This document shows, piece by piece, positions 16,975 to 26,015 of a stretch of DNA of 29,374 bases. How positions within the stretch are numbered: the first letter of the stretch is position 1; each line of letters opens with the position of its first letter. The stretch is from a virus (lineage: Duplodnaviria > Caudoviricetes), in the IMG/VR virus record IMGVR_UViG_3300006428_000001, positions 1-29,374 of that record. The stretch is one strand, 5' to 3'. The notes below the pieces were generated by a model. That model did no database searches. It had not been told where the DNA came from and was given only the letters and a program-made list of their open reading frames with translations. A program made the translations under genes and the position numbers.

Positions 16975-17334
16975 ATGCCATACAAACCTAAGCGTCCTTG
17001 TGCTTACCCAGGCTGCGGTCGGCTTGCAGACAGCGAGCAATACTGCGCTGAGCACAAGAAGGTGGTAGCAAAACGATACAACCAGTACCAACGAGACCCT
17101 GCTTCCAACAAACGCTACGGCAGGTCTTGGAAGCGTATCAGAGACCGCTACATCAAAGCCCATCCTCTTTGTGAGGAGTGTGATAAGAACGGACGAATTG
17201 TAGCTGCTGAAGAAGTCCACCACATCCTCCCTCTCTCCAAAGGCGGTGGTAATGAAACGAGTAACCTGATGGTCCTTTGTAAGTCATGTCACTCAAAGAT
17301 TACTGCTGAGAGTGGCGACCGATGGGGGAGGTAA
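16975..17334 (+). CDS. Packaging-associated HNH endonuclease (HK97 gp74-like)
   Basis: PLCEEC...EEVHHILPLSKGG...NLMVLCKSCH; AAGGAGG RBS; immediately upstream of terS. Confidence 0.92.
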   Translation: MPYKPKRPCAYPGCGRLADSEQYCAEHKKVVAKRYNQYQRDPASNKRYGRSWKRIRDRYIKAHPLCEECDKNGRIVAAEEVHHILPLSKGGGNETSNLMVLCKSCHSKITAESGDRWGR

Positions 17335-17420
17335 AATCCCTACAACTTTTCAATCCGGACAGCGGGCTGGGGTGTCGTGTTAAAAAACGCAGATTCAAAC
17401 GGGGGTATAGCCCCCACTTT
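17325..17420. other. Candidate cos/packaging-initiation region
   Basis: GC-rich intergenic stretch between HNH and terS, the usual cos position in HK97-like phages; includes a GGGGG-TATAG-CCCCC inverted repeat. The cut site cannot be determined. Confidence 0.4.
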
Positions 17421-17438
17421 GTAAAGGAGGTGTGATCA

Positions 17439-17990
17439 TTGGCAAAAGACGGTACGAACAGAGGTGGCGCTCGTGTTGGTGCAGGGGCAAAAAAGAAACC
17501 TCTGGCTGACAAAATAGCCGAAGGCAATCTTGGTGGTAGGAAACTGACGGTGATGGAGTTTTCCGATACGGCAGACCTTGAAGGACAAGAAATGCCTGAA
17601 CCAAATAAGATGCTTGAAGCCATACAAAAAGATGGCAAGGCTCTGGTGGCAGGTGAAATCTACAAAGCCACATGGCAGTGGCTGGATAAGCGTGGCTGCG
17701 CTGCTCTGGTTTCTCCGCAGCTCCTTGAAAGGTATGCCATGAGTGTTGCTCGTTGGATTCAGTGTGAAGAAGCCATCACTGAATATGGTTTTCTTGCGAA
17801 ACACCCCACCACAGGAAATGCCATTCAAAGTCCTTATGTATCCATGGGCCAGAACTACATGAACCAAACCAATCGTCTGTGGTTTGAAATATTCCAGATC
17901 GTAAAAGAAAACTGTACTGGCGATTACAAAGGAGCGAACCCTCAGGATGATGTGATGGAAAGACTTCTTTCTGCTCGAAGGGGCAAATAA
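17439..17990 (+). CDS. terS: Terminase small subunit (P27 family)
   Basis: RGGAR.GAG.KKK N-terminus, LLERYAMSVARW and HPTTGNAIQSPYV; TTG start follows AAGGAGG. Confidence 0.88.
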   Translation: MAKDGTNRGGARVGAGAKKKPLADKIAEGNLGGRKLTVMEFSDTADLEGQEMPEPNKMLEAIQKDGKALVAGEIYKATWQWLDKRGCAALVSPQLLERYAMSVARWIQCEEAITEYGFLAKHPTTGNAIQSPYVSMGQNYMNQTNRLWFEIFQIVKENCTGDYKGANPQDDVMERLLSARRGK

Positions 17991-18010
17991 ACCAGATGGG
18001 AGATAATGAT

Positions 18011-19192
18011 ATGAGTAAAAACTACAGAACCGCAGAAAGTGTCTGCAAGGGACATCCTGATAAGCTTTCTGATTTAATCGCTGACAGCATTTTGGATACT
18101 TGCCTTCGCAGAGACAAAGCTTCACGTGTGGCCTGTGAGGTCATGGCTACTAAAGGGAAAATCATCGTGGCGGGCGAGATCACCTGCAGCGAAAAAATTA
18201 ACATCCGCCTTATCGTAAAAAATGTACTTCGTGAGGTGGGATATAGTCCTTGGAAATTTACAGTGTTTGTGTTTGTACATCATCAAAGTGTAGATATTGC
18301 TGCTGGCGTAGATACAGCACTTGAAGCAAGAAATGGAATTATTGATCCATACGGTTCCATCGGTGCTGGTGATCAAGGCACTGTATATGGATATGCTACC
18401 AACGAAACCCGTGAACTGCTTCCTCTACCTTTACTTCTATCTCATAGAATCGTAAAACGAATTGATGAATGTCGTAAAGGAAAAATCATCAAGGGCATCC
18501 TTCCTGATGGAAAAGCACAAGTCACTGTTGAGTATGACGGGGATAAACCTGTCCGCGTTAAGACTGTGGTAGTTTCTGTTCAGCACCATAAGGACAAAAC
18601 TCAAAAGAGATTAGAATCAGATATCTTAAACTATGTACTCTGGCAGTGCTTCGAGGATTTCCCACTGGATGATGATACGGAAATTCTCATCAATCCTTCA
18701 GGCAGATTTGTTGAAGGTGGTCCTGCAGCTGATACGGGGCTGACTGGCAGAAAGATCATGGTGGACACCTATGGTGGTCTGGCTTCTCATGGTGGTGGAG
18801 CACTCTGCGGAAAGGACCCAACTAAGGTTGATAGAAGCGGTGCCTATATGGCCAGGTACATTGCTAAGAATATTGTTTGGAGCGGGCTTGCTGATAAATG
18901 CGAGGTCGCTATTTCTTATGCCATCGGAAAAGCAAATCCAGTTTCAGTAAACGTGACATCCTTTGGCACAGGGAAAATAGGTGACGAAGATTTAAGTGAA
19001 CTGGTAAAAGAGATCTTCAGCTTACGTCCAGCTGCCATCATTGAAAAGCTGCGTCTCAGAAATGCAATCTACTCCGATACAGCAACTTACGGTCACTTTA
19101 ATTCCTCACTCTTCCCTTGGGAGAACGTGGATTTCAATCTAAACTTAAGAAAGGTGGCGGAAAAATTCAATGTAGAGCGTGAAGAGATATGA
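18011..19192 (+). CDS. metK: S-adenosylmethionine synthetase (phage-encoded)
   Basis: ESVCKGHPDK, GAGDQG, PDGKAQV, NPSGRFVEGGP.ADTGLTGRK, HGGGALCGKDPTKVDRS and TATYGHF. Confidence 0.97.
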   Translation: MSKNYRTAESVCKGHPDKLSDLIADSILDTCLRRDKASRVACEVMATKGKIIVAGEITCSEKINIRLIVKNVLREVGYSPWKFTVFVFVHHQSVDIAAGVDTALEARNGIIDPYGSIGAGDQGTVYGYATNETRELLPLPLLLSHRIVKRIDECRKGKIIKGILPDGKAQVTVEYDGDKPVRVKTVVVSVQHHKDKTQKRLESDILNYVLWQCFEDFPLDDDTEILINPSGRFVEGGPAADTGLTGRKIMVDTYGGLASHGGGALCGKDPTKVDRSGAYMARYIAKNIVWSGLADKCEVAISYAIGKANPVSVNVTSFGTGKIGDEDLSELVKEIFSLRPAAIIEKLRLRNAIYSDTATYGHFNSSLFPWENVDFNLNLRKVAEKFNVEREEI

Positions 19193-19797
19193 AGATTCAT
19201 TATTTTTGCGAAACCTGTGGGCAGGAAAATTCAAGAAGATATGCTGCAAATAAAATTCCATCACACTTCTTCTGTTCAGTTGCTTGTCAGAATGTCTGGC
19301 AAAAAACACGTAAAGATATAGTTGAGAAAAACAAAGACCCTCATTTCAGAAAAAAAGTGAGTGAAGGGTTGAAAGCACGAAAGAAAAGATTAGGCTCTGA
19401 CTATCACTCAAAAGAAACTAAGAAGAAGATTGGAGAAGCCACCTCTCTGAGATGGAATGAATATAGTGATGAACAGCGTGAACGAATGATTCATGTTCTG
19501 CGTAATAATTCAACAAAAAAACGCACCTACGGCCCATATGATTACGAGTGGAATAAATTGAGTGCTGCAATCAAACAAGGACAAGTTTGTCGTCGATGTG
19601 GTACTAAAGAGAATCTTAATGTCCATCATATTATTCCTGTTAGTGCTAATGGATCGAGAGACCTCGATAATCTTGTGACCTTATGCTCCTCATGTCATAG
19701 AACTGTTGAACACGAGGGTAAGAAGGTGAATGAAATTATCGGAGACTGGCAAATAGCTCGCTTATTGATAAAAGAAAGGTTGATGTGTTTGATATGA
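19189..19797 (+). CDS. Free-standing HNH endonuclease with Zn-binding and NUMOD3-like segments
   Basis: CETC..FCSVAC, HSKETKKKIGEA, CRRC...VHHIIP...NLVTLCSSCH; ATGA overlaps with both neighbours. Confidence 0.85.
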   Translation: MKIHYFCETCGQENSRRYAANKIPSHFFCSVACQNVWQKTRKDIVEKNKDPHFRKKVSEGLKARKKRLGSDYHSKETKKKIGEATSLRWNEYSDEQRERMIHVLRNNSTKKRTYGPYDYEWNKLSAAIKQGQVCRRCGTKENLNVHHIIPVSANGSRDLDNLVTLCSSCHRTVEHEGKKVNEIIGDWQIARLLIKERLMCLI

Positions 19798-21029
19798 ATA
19801 TACAAAAAATAAAGCTGTCAGATCTGAATCCGGCAGCATACAATCCTAGAAAAGAACTAAAGCCTGGAGATCCAGAGTTTGAAAAGCTAAAAGCCTCCAT
19901 TGAGAATTTTGGATATGTGGAGCTTATTGTCGTTAATGCGAATAATGATAACACTGTGATTTCAGGCCATCAAAGGCTTAGTGTGCTTCAGCATCTAGGT
20001 CAAAAGGAAGCAGAATGCGTTGTGGTAGATCTGAACACTGAACAGGAAAAAGCTTTAAACGTTGCAATGAACAAAGTTTCTGGCGACTGGGATAAGGATA
20101 AGCTAGCTCTTCTTATTGCTGATCTGCAGGGTGCTGACTTTGATGTTTCCCTTACTGGTTTTGATCCATCTGAACTGGATGATCTGTTTAAAGATTCCCT
20201 GAAAGATGGTATCCACGATGATGAGTTTGATGTGGATGCAGAGCTGGAAAAACCCGCCATGACAAAACTGGGTGACGTCTGGAAGCTGGGTCCCCATAGA
20301 CTGGTCTGTGGTGATTCCACCAAGGCAGAAACCTTCACGCTCCTTATGGATGGAAAGCTGGCAAACCTAGTGGTGACAGATCCCCCTTACAATGTAAACT
20401 ATGAAGGGTCTGCCGGTAAAATCAAAAACGACAACATGGGTGATTCTGCTTTCTATGAATTCCTACTGGCTGCCTTTACCAATACGGAAGCTGTCATGAC
20501 ACAGGATTCCTCTATCTATGTCTTCCATGCAGATACGGAAGGGCTGAACTTTAGAAAAGCTTTCTCTGAAGCTGGCTTCTATCTATCCGGCACCTGCATT
20601 TGGAAAAAGCAATCGTTGGTCCTTGGTAGATCTCCATACCAGTGGCAGCATGAACCGGTGCTCTTTGGATGGAAGAAAAAAGGCAAGCATAACTGGTACG
20701 CAGATCGAAAACAAACGACCATCTGGGAATTTGAAAAACCTAAGAAGAATGGCTCTCATCCAACAATGAAGCCGGTGGCTCTTGTGGCTCATCCAATCCT
20801 CAATTCAAGTCTCAGTAACTGCATCGTCCTTGATCCCTTTGGCGGCTCTGGCAGTACCCTCATAGCCTGTGACCAGACCCAGCGAATCTGCCACACCATT
20901 GAGCTTGATGAGAAGTTCTGTGACGTCATAGTCGAAAGGTTCATTTCTGGAGCACAGACTTCAGATGAAGTCTATCTCCTGCGTGATGGCAAAGAATACC
21001 GCTACAGTGACCTCCCTGAAAATAAATAA
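19794..21029 (+). CDS. ParB-N domain fused to N6-A/N4-C DNA methyltransferase
   Basis: LNPAAYNPRK...ISGHQRL (ParB-like); DPPY, HPTMKP and VLDPFGGSGST (beta-class MTase order). Confidence 0.93.
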   Translation: MNIQKIKLSDLNPAAYNPRKELKPGDPEFEKLKASIENFGYVELIVVNANNDNTVISGHQRLSVLQHLGQKEAECVVVDLNTEQEKALNVAMNKVSGDWDKDKLALLIADLQGADFDVSLTGFDPSELDDLFKDSLKDGIHDDEFDVDAELEKPAMTKLGDVWKLGPHRLVCGDSTKAETFTLLMDGKLANLVVTDPPYNVNYEGSAGKIKNDNMGDSAFYEFLLAAFTNTEAVMTQDSSIYVFHADTEGLNFRKAFSEAGFYLSGTCIWKKQSLVLGRSPYQWQHEPVLFGWKKKGKHNWYADRKQTTIWEFEKPKKNGSHPTMKPVALVAHPILNSSLSNCIVLDPFGGSGSTLIACDQTQRICHTIELDEKFCDVIVERFISGAQTSDEVYLLRDGKEYRYSDLPENK

Positions 21030-21047
21030 CACAACTATCGAAAGATA

Positions 21048-21083
21048 GACTTGCTATTAACATCACTTAGAGTGATATATGTA
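21048..21083 (+). promoter_or_regulatory. Promoter-like motif copy A: GACTTGCTATTA-N7-TTAGAGTGATATATGTA
   Basis: 29 of 36 positions are conserved in two blocks relative to 22365-22400, with identical spacing; TTGCTA resembles a -35 box. Confidence 0.7.
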
Positions 21084-21111
21084 GTAAGCCAAAAACAAGG
21101 AGGTCAATACC

Positions 21112-21795
21112 ATGAAAATCAATTACAACGTAACTGGTAACGAACGTAAAAAGCTGGTGAAGCTCATCAGCGAAATCACAGAGGTTCCTTCAAAATACCT
21201 GGGTGTTCCATCCTGCGCTTACCAGGTCGGACCTTACCACATTGGAAAAGATGGAGAGCTAACCTTTGACAACGAATTGGATCAGGACGATATCAAGACG
21301 CTGATGAAAAAGCTACAAGATGCAGGGTTTGAAGCTGAGGTGGATGAACCAGCTACTACTGAAACGGAGACCGAGGAAACTGGACTCATCATCCAGATAC
21401 CAAAAGACTCCCTCTCCGATGAAGACCTGGAGAAGCTAGCCAAACTGCTAGAAGCAAAAGGCAACCTCATTAAGAAAGCTTTGAATGTAGATGCCCTTCC
21501 CATTGAAGCCGATGATGAACGCATTAGCTTCCCTTGGTTTTCAAAGCTACCAGATCCCGATGAGATAAAAGCCTACTCCCAGTTCATTACAAAGCTATGT
21601 GAGATGGCGAAAACCCAAAAGAGAATTACTGTAAAAGAGAAAGAAGTCGACAATGAGAAATACGCATTTCGATGCTTCCTTCTCCGCCTTGGATTTATTG
21701 GAGAAGAATTCAAAACCCATAGAAAGATTCTCCTTCAAAACCTATCCGGCAGCAGTGCCTTCAAAGGAGGTGTTCCAAGTGAAACCGATCAGTAA
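21112..21795 (+). CDS. Conserved phage hypothetical protein (family often labelled virulence-related protein)
   Basis: YLGVPSCAYQVG, ISFPWF and NEKYAFRCFLLRLGFIG...LSGSSAF; AAGGAGG RBS. Confidence 0.85.
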   Translation: MKINYNVTGNERKKLVKLISEITEVPSKYLGVPSCAYQVGPYHIGKDGELTFDNELDQDDIKTLMKKLQDAGFEAEVDEPATTETETEETGLIIQIPKDSLSDEDLEKLAKLLEAKGNLIKKALNVDALPIEADDERISFPWFSKLPDPDEIKAYSQFITKLCEMAKTQKRITVKEKEVDNEKYAFRCFLLRLGFIGEEFKTHRKILLQNLSGSSAFKGGVPSETDQ

Positions 21796-22027
21796 AGAAA
21801 GACTGGCCCACCTACGCAAGCAGTACCCCGCTGGCGCCAGGGTCCAGCTCCTTTGGATGGATGATGTGCAAGCACCGCCAACGGGCACAAAAGGCACCGT
21901 GTGGGGCGTGGATGACACAGGCTCCATCATGGTTCAGTGGGACAACGGCAGCAGCTTGAATGTGGTTTACGGCATTGATTCCTGCAAAGTAATTGATGAA
22001 AAATCCAGGAAGGAGTCACAGCAATGA
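21779..22027 (+). CDS. DUF4314 family protein
   Basis: YPAGARVQL..MDD..APP.GTKGTV.GVDDTGSIMVQWDNGSSLNVVYG.D; GTG start follows AAGGAGG. Confidence 0.88.
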   Translation: MKPISKERLAHLRKQYPAGARVQLLWMDDVQAPPTGTKGTVWGVDDTGSIMVQWDNGSSLNVVYGIDSCKVIDEKSRKESQQ

Positions 22028-22335
22028 AGGCATTATTTGGTCGAAAGTTCTACAACCTTAAGGAACTAAAGGAAGCAACCGAAGAGGCAAAGGAAGATGG
22101 CGTCATTGGTTCTGATTACACTGTGATTCGAGAAGTTGAACTCAATGATTCAGAGTTTAAAAAGTTCACCAGTGATTTTCTAGAGGACCAGCCCTGGATC
22201 AAGAAGTCAGATGGCGGCACCAACGAAAAAGGTGAGCTTAGGTGTATTAGGGTCATTAACAAAGACACTGGTGAAAAGATACTCACCAATCCTGAAGGTT
22301 ACAAATTCCCGCGTTACACAGCGATTGAAGATTAA
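22024..22335 (+). CDS. Hypothetical protein, 103 aa
   Basis: ATGA coupling and AAGGAG RBS; F.RK...FLEDQPWI...EGYKFPRY motif. Confidence 0.8.
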   Translation: MKALFGRKFYNLKELKEATEEAKEDGVIGSDYTVIREVELNDSEFKKFTSDFLEDQPWIKKSDGGTNEKGELRCIRVINKDTGEKILTNPEGYKFPRYTAIED

Positions 22336-22364
22336 CTGAAAACCTGCTCTATTACTACAGAAAT

Positions 22365-22400
22365 GACTTGCTATTATTCTCGTTTAGAGTGATATATGTA
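22365..22400 (+). promoter_or_regulatory. Promoter-like motif copy B
   Basis: GACTTGCTATTATTCTCGTTTAGAGTGATATATGTA. Confidence 0.7.
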
Positions 22401-22438
22401 ATACCAAAACAAAACCACACTAAATGGAGGATGAGAAC

Positions 22439-22795
22439 ATGAAAGAAATCAAGGCATTTGAAGAAGCCAGAGCAAGCGGCGCAAACTTTAAGGAATCAGG
22501 AATCAACAGCACCATGTACTGGGCCTACGAAAGAAGCAAGGAAGCAGGAAACGACACCATCGACTTTTCTGAGGTCATTTGGGATTACGACATTGAACCC
22601 ATTGTTAAAGCCTGCAGAACCTATGGATTAGACCACATCACCATTTCAAGCACCTTCTCAGGACTGATAGCAACCCTTGCCGAATTTGAAAAGCACGGTT
22701 GCAGGATGGACGGACTTACCAAGGTTAAGACAAGCTATACCGACTGGCAGACCGGCGAAAAGCAAATGCTATCGGCAATCTTAGTTAGGATTTAA
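22439..22795 (+). CDS. Hypothetical protein, 118 aa
   Basis: GGAGG RBS before ATG 22439; motifs YWAY..S...G and ITISSTFSGL. Confidence 0.8.
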   Translation: MKEIKAFEEARASGANFKESGINSTMYWAYERSKEAGNDTIDFSEVIWDYDIEPIVKACRTYGLDHITISSTFSGLIATLAEFEKHGCRMDGLTKVKTSYTDWQTGEKQMLSAILVRI

Positions 22796-22809
22796 GGAGG
22801 ACTTAGACC

Positions 22810-23034
22810 ATGTGGAGAAAAGGTAAAATCGAAGTCGAAAACAAAACCATTTATTACTGGATCAAAAGCTTTGATTTAGGCTCCCCTTACGGCATTGATG
22901 AGGGTAGAATATCAAAACTGATGCTAAAGCGAGATAGCCAGATCATTGCAAACTTTGATAGAGGTTGGGACATTGAACCCATCGACGCCAATGCACAAGC
23001 TGCACTTGAAATACTCATGAAGGAATACAATTAA
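22810..23034 (+). CDS. Hypothetical protein, 74 aa
   Basis: AAGGAGG RBS; MW..G...S.YGIDEGRISKL...NFDRGWDIEP motif. Confidence 0.85.
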   Translation: MWRKGKIEVENKTIYYWIKSFDLGSPYGIDEGRISKLMLKRDSQIIANFDRGWDIEPIDANAQAALEILMKEYN

Positions 23035-23054
23035 CAACAAGATAAAACGCATAA

Positions 23055-23112
23055 AGGAACAGGGCTGTATGGCTCTTTTCCTCGTTACAGAAGACCTTAG
23101 GGTCTATTTTTT
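23055..23112 (+). terminator. Two hairpins, the second terminator-like
   Basis: AGGAACAGGGC/GCTCTTTTCCT stem, then AGACC-TTAG-GGTCT followed by ATTTTTT. Confidence 0.55.
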
Positions 23113-23138
23113 ATGTCTTTTAAAGGAGGTGTCCGCAT

Positions 23139-24740
23139 ATCCGAAAACTAAAGAAGTATAAACCAACCTCTTATATGGCGAAAGATTCCCATTACAGCAA
23201 GGAGATGGCGGACTATGCAGTAGGTTTTATTGAATGCCTCTCCCACACCAAAGGAACCTGGGCAGGAAAGCCCTTTGAACTGATAGATTGGCAAGAGCAA
23301 ATCATCAGGGATTTATTTGGAACCATAAAACCAAATGGTTATCGCCAGTTTAATACTGCCTATGTAGAAATACCAAAGAAGATGGGAAAAAGTGAGCTCG
23401 CGGCGGCTGTTGCCCTGCTCTTAACCTGTGGTGATAACGAAGAGCGTGCTGAGGTTTATGGCTGCGCTGCGGATCGTAACCAAGCTTCCATCGTTTTTAA
23501 TGTGGCAGCTGATATGGTGCGTATGTGCCCAGCCTTATCCAAGCGGGTAAAGATTCTAGACTCACAGAAAAGACTGATCTATCAACCCACTGGAAGCATC
23601 TATCAAGTGCTCTCTGCGGATGTTGGAAACAAGCACGGCTTCAACACCCATGGTGTTGTCTTTGATGAGCTCCATACTCAACCTAACCGAAAACTTTATG
23701 ATGTTATGACTAAAGGTAGTGGTGATGCCAGGATGCAGCCCTTGTACTTTCTAATCACCACTGCTGGAGATAATCAAAACAGTATCTGCTGGGAGGTTCA
23801 TCAAAAAGCACTGGATATCATGGCAGGAAGAAAGAACGATCCTACCTTCTACCCCGTCATTTATGGCGCAGATCTTGAAGATGACTGGTCCGACCCAAAG
23901 GTATGGAAGAAAGCAAACCCATCCCTCGGCATCACTGTCAGCATGGATAAAGTAAAAATGGCTTATGAATCTGCTAGACAAAACCCTGCTGAAGAAAACA
24001 GTTTCAGGCAGCTTCGACTCAATCAATGGGTTAAGCAGGCCATCCGGTGGATGCCAATGGATAAATGGGATGCCTGCGCTTTCCCTGTTAATCCAGAAGC
24101 CCTCAAAGGTCGCGTCTGCTATGGTGGACTGGACCTTTCCTCTTCCACTGACATTACAGCCTTCGTACTTGTCTTCCCTCCACAGGATCAAGATGACAAG
24201 TATGTGGTTCTTCCATACTTCTGGATACCAGAAGACAGCATTGACCTTAGGGTTCGACGGGATCATGTGAATTATGATGTGTGGGAAAAACAAGGCTTCC
24301 TTCTTACTACCGAAGGCAATGTGGTCCACTATGGGTTCATTGAAGCATTCATTGAAGACCTTGGAATGAAATATAACATCCGCGAAATTGCCTTTGACCG
24401 CTGGGGAGCAGTTCAGATGACACAGAACTTAGAGAATTTAGGCTTCACAGTTGTCCCTTTTGGTCAGGGATTTAAAGATATGTCTCCACCAACTAAGGAA
24501 CTGATGAAACTCACACTAGAGCAAAAAATCGCTCACGGTGGTCATCCTGTTCTCCGCTGGATGATGGATAACATTTTTATTAGAACCGATCCTGCTGGTA
24601 ACATCAAAGCAGATAAAGAAAAATCCACTGAAAAGATTGACGGTGCTGTTGCCACAATCATGGCTCTTGACCGAGCGATCCGCTGTGGTGGAGAAACTGG
24701 TAATTCTGTTTATGACGATAGAGGACTACTCGTATTTTAG
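23139..24740 (+). CDS. terL: Terminase large subunit (probable ATC start at 23139; first ATG at 23175)
   Basis: Walker A PKKMGKSE, Walker B VVFDELH, ITTAG, nuclease motifs GGLDLSS and KIDGAVA. Confidence 0.95.
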   Translation: MRKLKKYKPTSYMAKDSHYSKEMADYAVGFIECLSHTKGTWAGKPFELIDWQEQIIRDLFGTIKPNGYRQFNTAYVEIPKKMGKSELAAAVALLLTCGDNEERAEVYGCAADRNQASIVFNVAADMVRMCPALSKRVKILDSQKRLIYQPTGSIYQVLSADVGNKHGFNTHGVVFDELHTQPNRKLYDVMTKGSGDARMQPLYFLITTAGDNQNSICWEVHQKALDIMAGRKNDPTFYPVIYGADLEDDWSDPKVWKKANPSLGITVSMDKVKMAYESARQNPAEENSFRQLRLNQWVKQAIRWMPMDKWDACAFPVNPEALKGRVCYGGLDLSSSTDITAFVLVFPPQDQDDKYVVLPYFWIPEDSIDLRVRRDHVNYDVWEKQGFLLTTEGNVVHYGFIEAFIEDLGMKYNIREIAFDRWGAVQMTQNLENLGFTVVPFGQGFKDMSPPTKELMKLTLEQKIAHGGHPVLRWMMDNIFIRTDPAGNIKADKEKSTEKIDGAVATIMALDRAIRCGGETGNSVYDDRGLLVF

Positions 24741-24758
24741 GAAAGGAGGTTGATGTCC

Positions 24759-26015
24759 ATGGGAATACTTCAAGGAATATTTAATGCTCGGGATAAACCT
24801 AAAAATACTCTTTCAGGAAGCTATTACAGCTTCTTTTTTGGAAGCACCAGCGCTGGCAAGCCAGTTAACGAGCAAACCGCCATGCAAATGACAGCGGTCT
24901 ACAGCTGCGTAAGAATCTTATCGGAGACGTTGGCTGGCCTACCCCTACATGTTTACAAATACAATGATTCAGGTGGCAAGGAGAAAAACCTAAAACACCC
25001 ACTTTACAAGTTACTCCATGATGAACCAAATCCTGAGATGACTTCTTTTGCGTTTAGAGAAACGCTGATGAGTCATCTTTTATTATGGGGAAATGCCTAT
25101 GCTCAGATTATTAGAAATGCACGAGGTGAAGTGATTTCTCTCTACCCACTCATGCCAAACAAAATGACGGTCGATCGCGATTCAAGTGGTCGGCTTTTCT
25201 ATTTGTATCAGCGTGGCAATGAGGATATGCCTACTCTTGGCAGAGAACATCAAGTGTATCTTTCACCATCGGATGTTCTTCATATCCCAGGACTTGGCTT
25301 TGATGGGCTGGTAGGCTATTCACCCATTGCCATGGCGAAAAATGCTGTGGGCCTTGCCATAGCTACTGAAGAATATGGAGCTAAGTTTTTTGCTAATGGG
25401 GCTTCACCGGGTGGCGTCTTAGAACATCCCGGTACTATCAAGGATCCTCAGAAGATTAAAGAATCATGGAACGCTGCTTATCAAGGAAGTGGTAATGCTC
25501 ACCGGGTGGCTGTTCTTGAAGAAGGTATGAAGTATCAGCCTATAGGTATTTCACCAGAGCAGGCACAGTTCCTTGAAACTAGAAAGTTCCAGATCAATGA
25601 GATCGCTCGTATCTTCAGAGTCCCCCCTCATATGCTTGCTGATTTAGAGAAGTCATCCTTTAGTAACATCGAGCAGCAATCACTTGAGTTCGTAAAATAC
25701 ACTCTCGATCCATGGGTGGTCCGCTGGGAACAGTCCATGTGCAGAGCTCTACTCATGGAAAGCGAGAAACCTAATGTCTTTATCAAGTTTAACGTGGATG
25801 GCCTTCTGCGTGGAGACTATGTTAGTCGTATGAGCGGCTATGCCACAGCAAGGCAAAACGGTTGGATGAGTGCCAATGATATCAGAGAACTTGAAAATCT
25901 GGATAGAATTCCAGAATCCTTAGGTGGCGACCTCTACCTCATCAACGGGGCCATGACTAAATTACAGGACGCAGGCGCGTTCGCAAATATTAAAGAAACG
26001 GAGGAACCTAAATGA
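24759..26015 (+). CDS. HK97-family portal protein
   Basis: AVYSCVRILSETLAGLPL, PNPEMT, LLLWGNAY and EIARIFRVPP; AAGGAGGT RBS. Confidence 0.95.
   Translation: MGILQGIFNARDKPKNTLSGSYYSFFFGSTSAGKPVNEQTAMQMTAVYSCVRILSETLAGLPLHVYKYNDSGGKEKNLKHPLYKLLHDEPNPEMTSFAFRETLMSHLLLWGNAYAQIIRNARGEVISLYPLMPNKMTVDRDSSGRLFYLYQRGNEDMPTLGREHQVYLSPSDVLHIPGLGFDGLVGYSPIAMAKNAVGLAIATEEYGAKFFANGASPGGVLEHPGTIKDPQKIKESWNAAYQGSGNAHRVAVLEEGMKYQPIGISPEQAQFLETRKFQINEIARIFRVPPHMLADLEKSSFSNIEQQSLEFVKYTLDPWVVRWEQSMCRALLMESEKPNVFIKFNVDGLLRGDYVSRMSGYATARQNGWMSANDIRELENLDRIPESLGGDLYLINGAMTKLQDAGAFANIKETEEPK

Noticed and set aside
17436-18125. 229-aa minus-strand ORF and other antisense ORFs (e.g. 23751-24329, 28655-29107, 8517-8909)
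   Set aside because: They shadow well-supported plus-strand genes and show no recognisable motifs.
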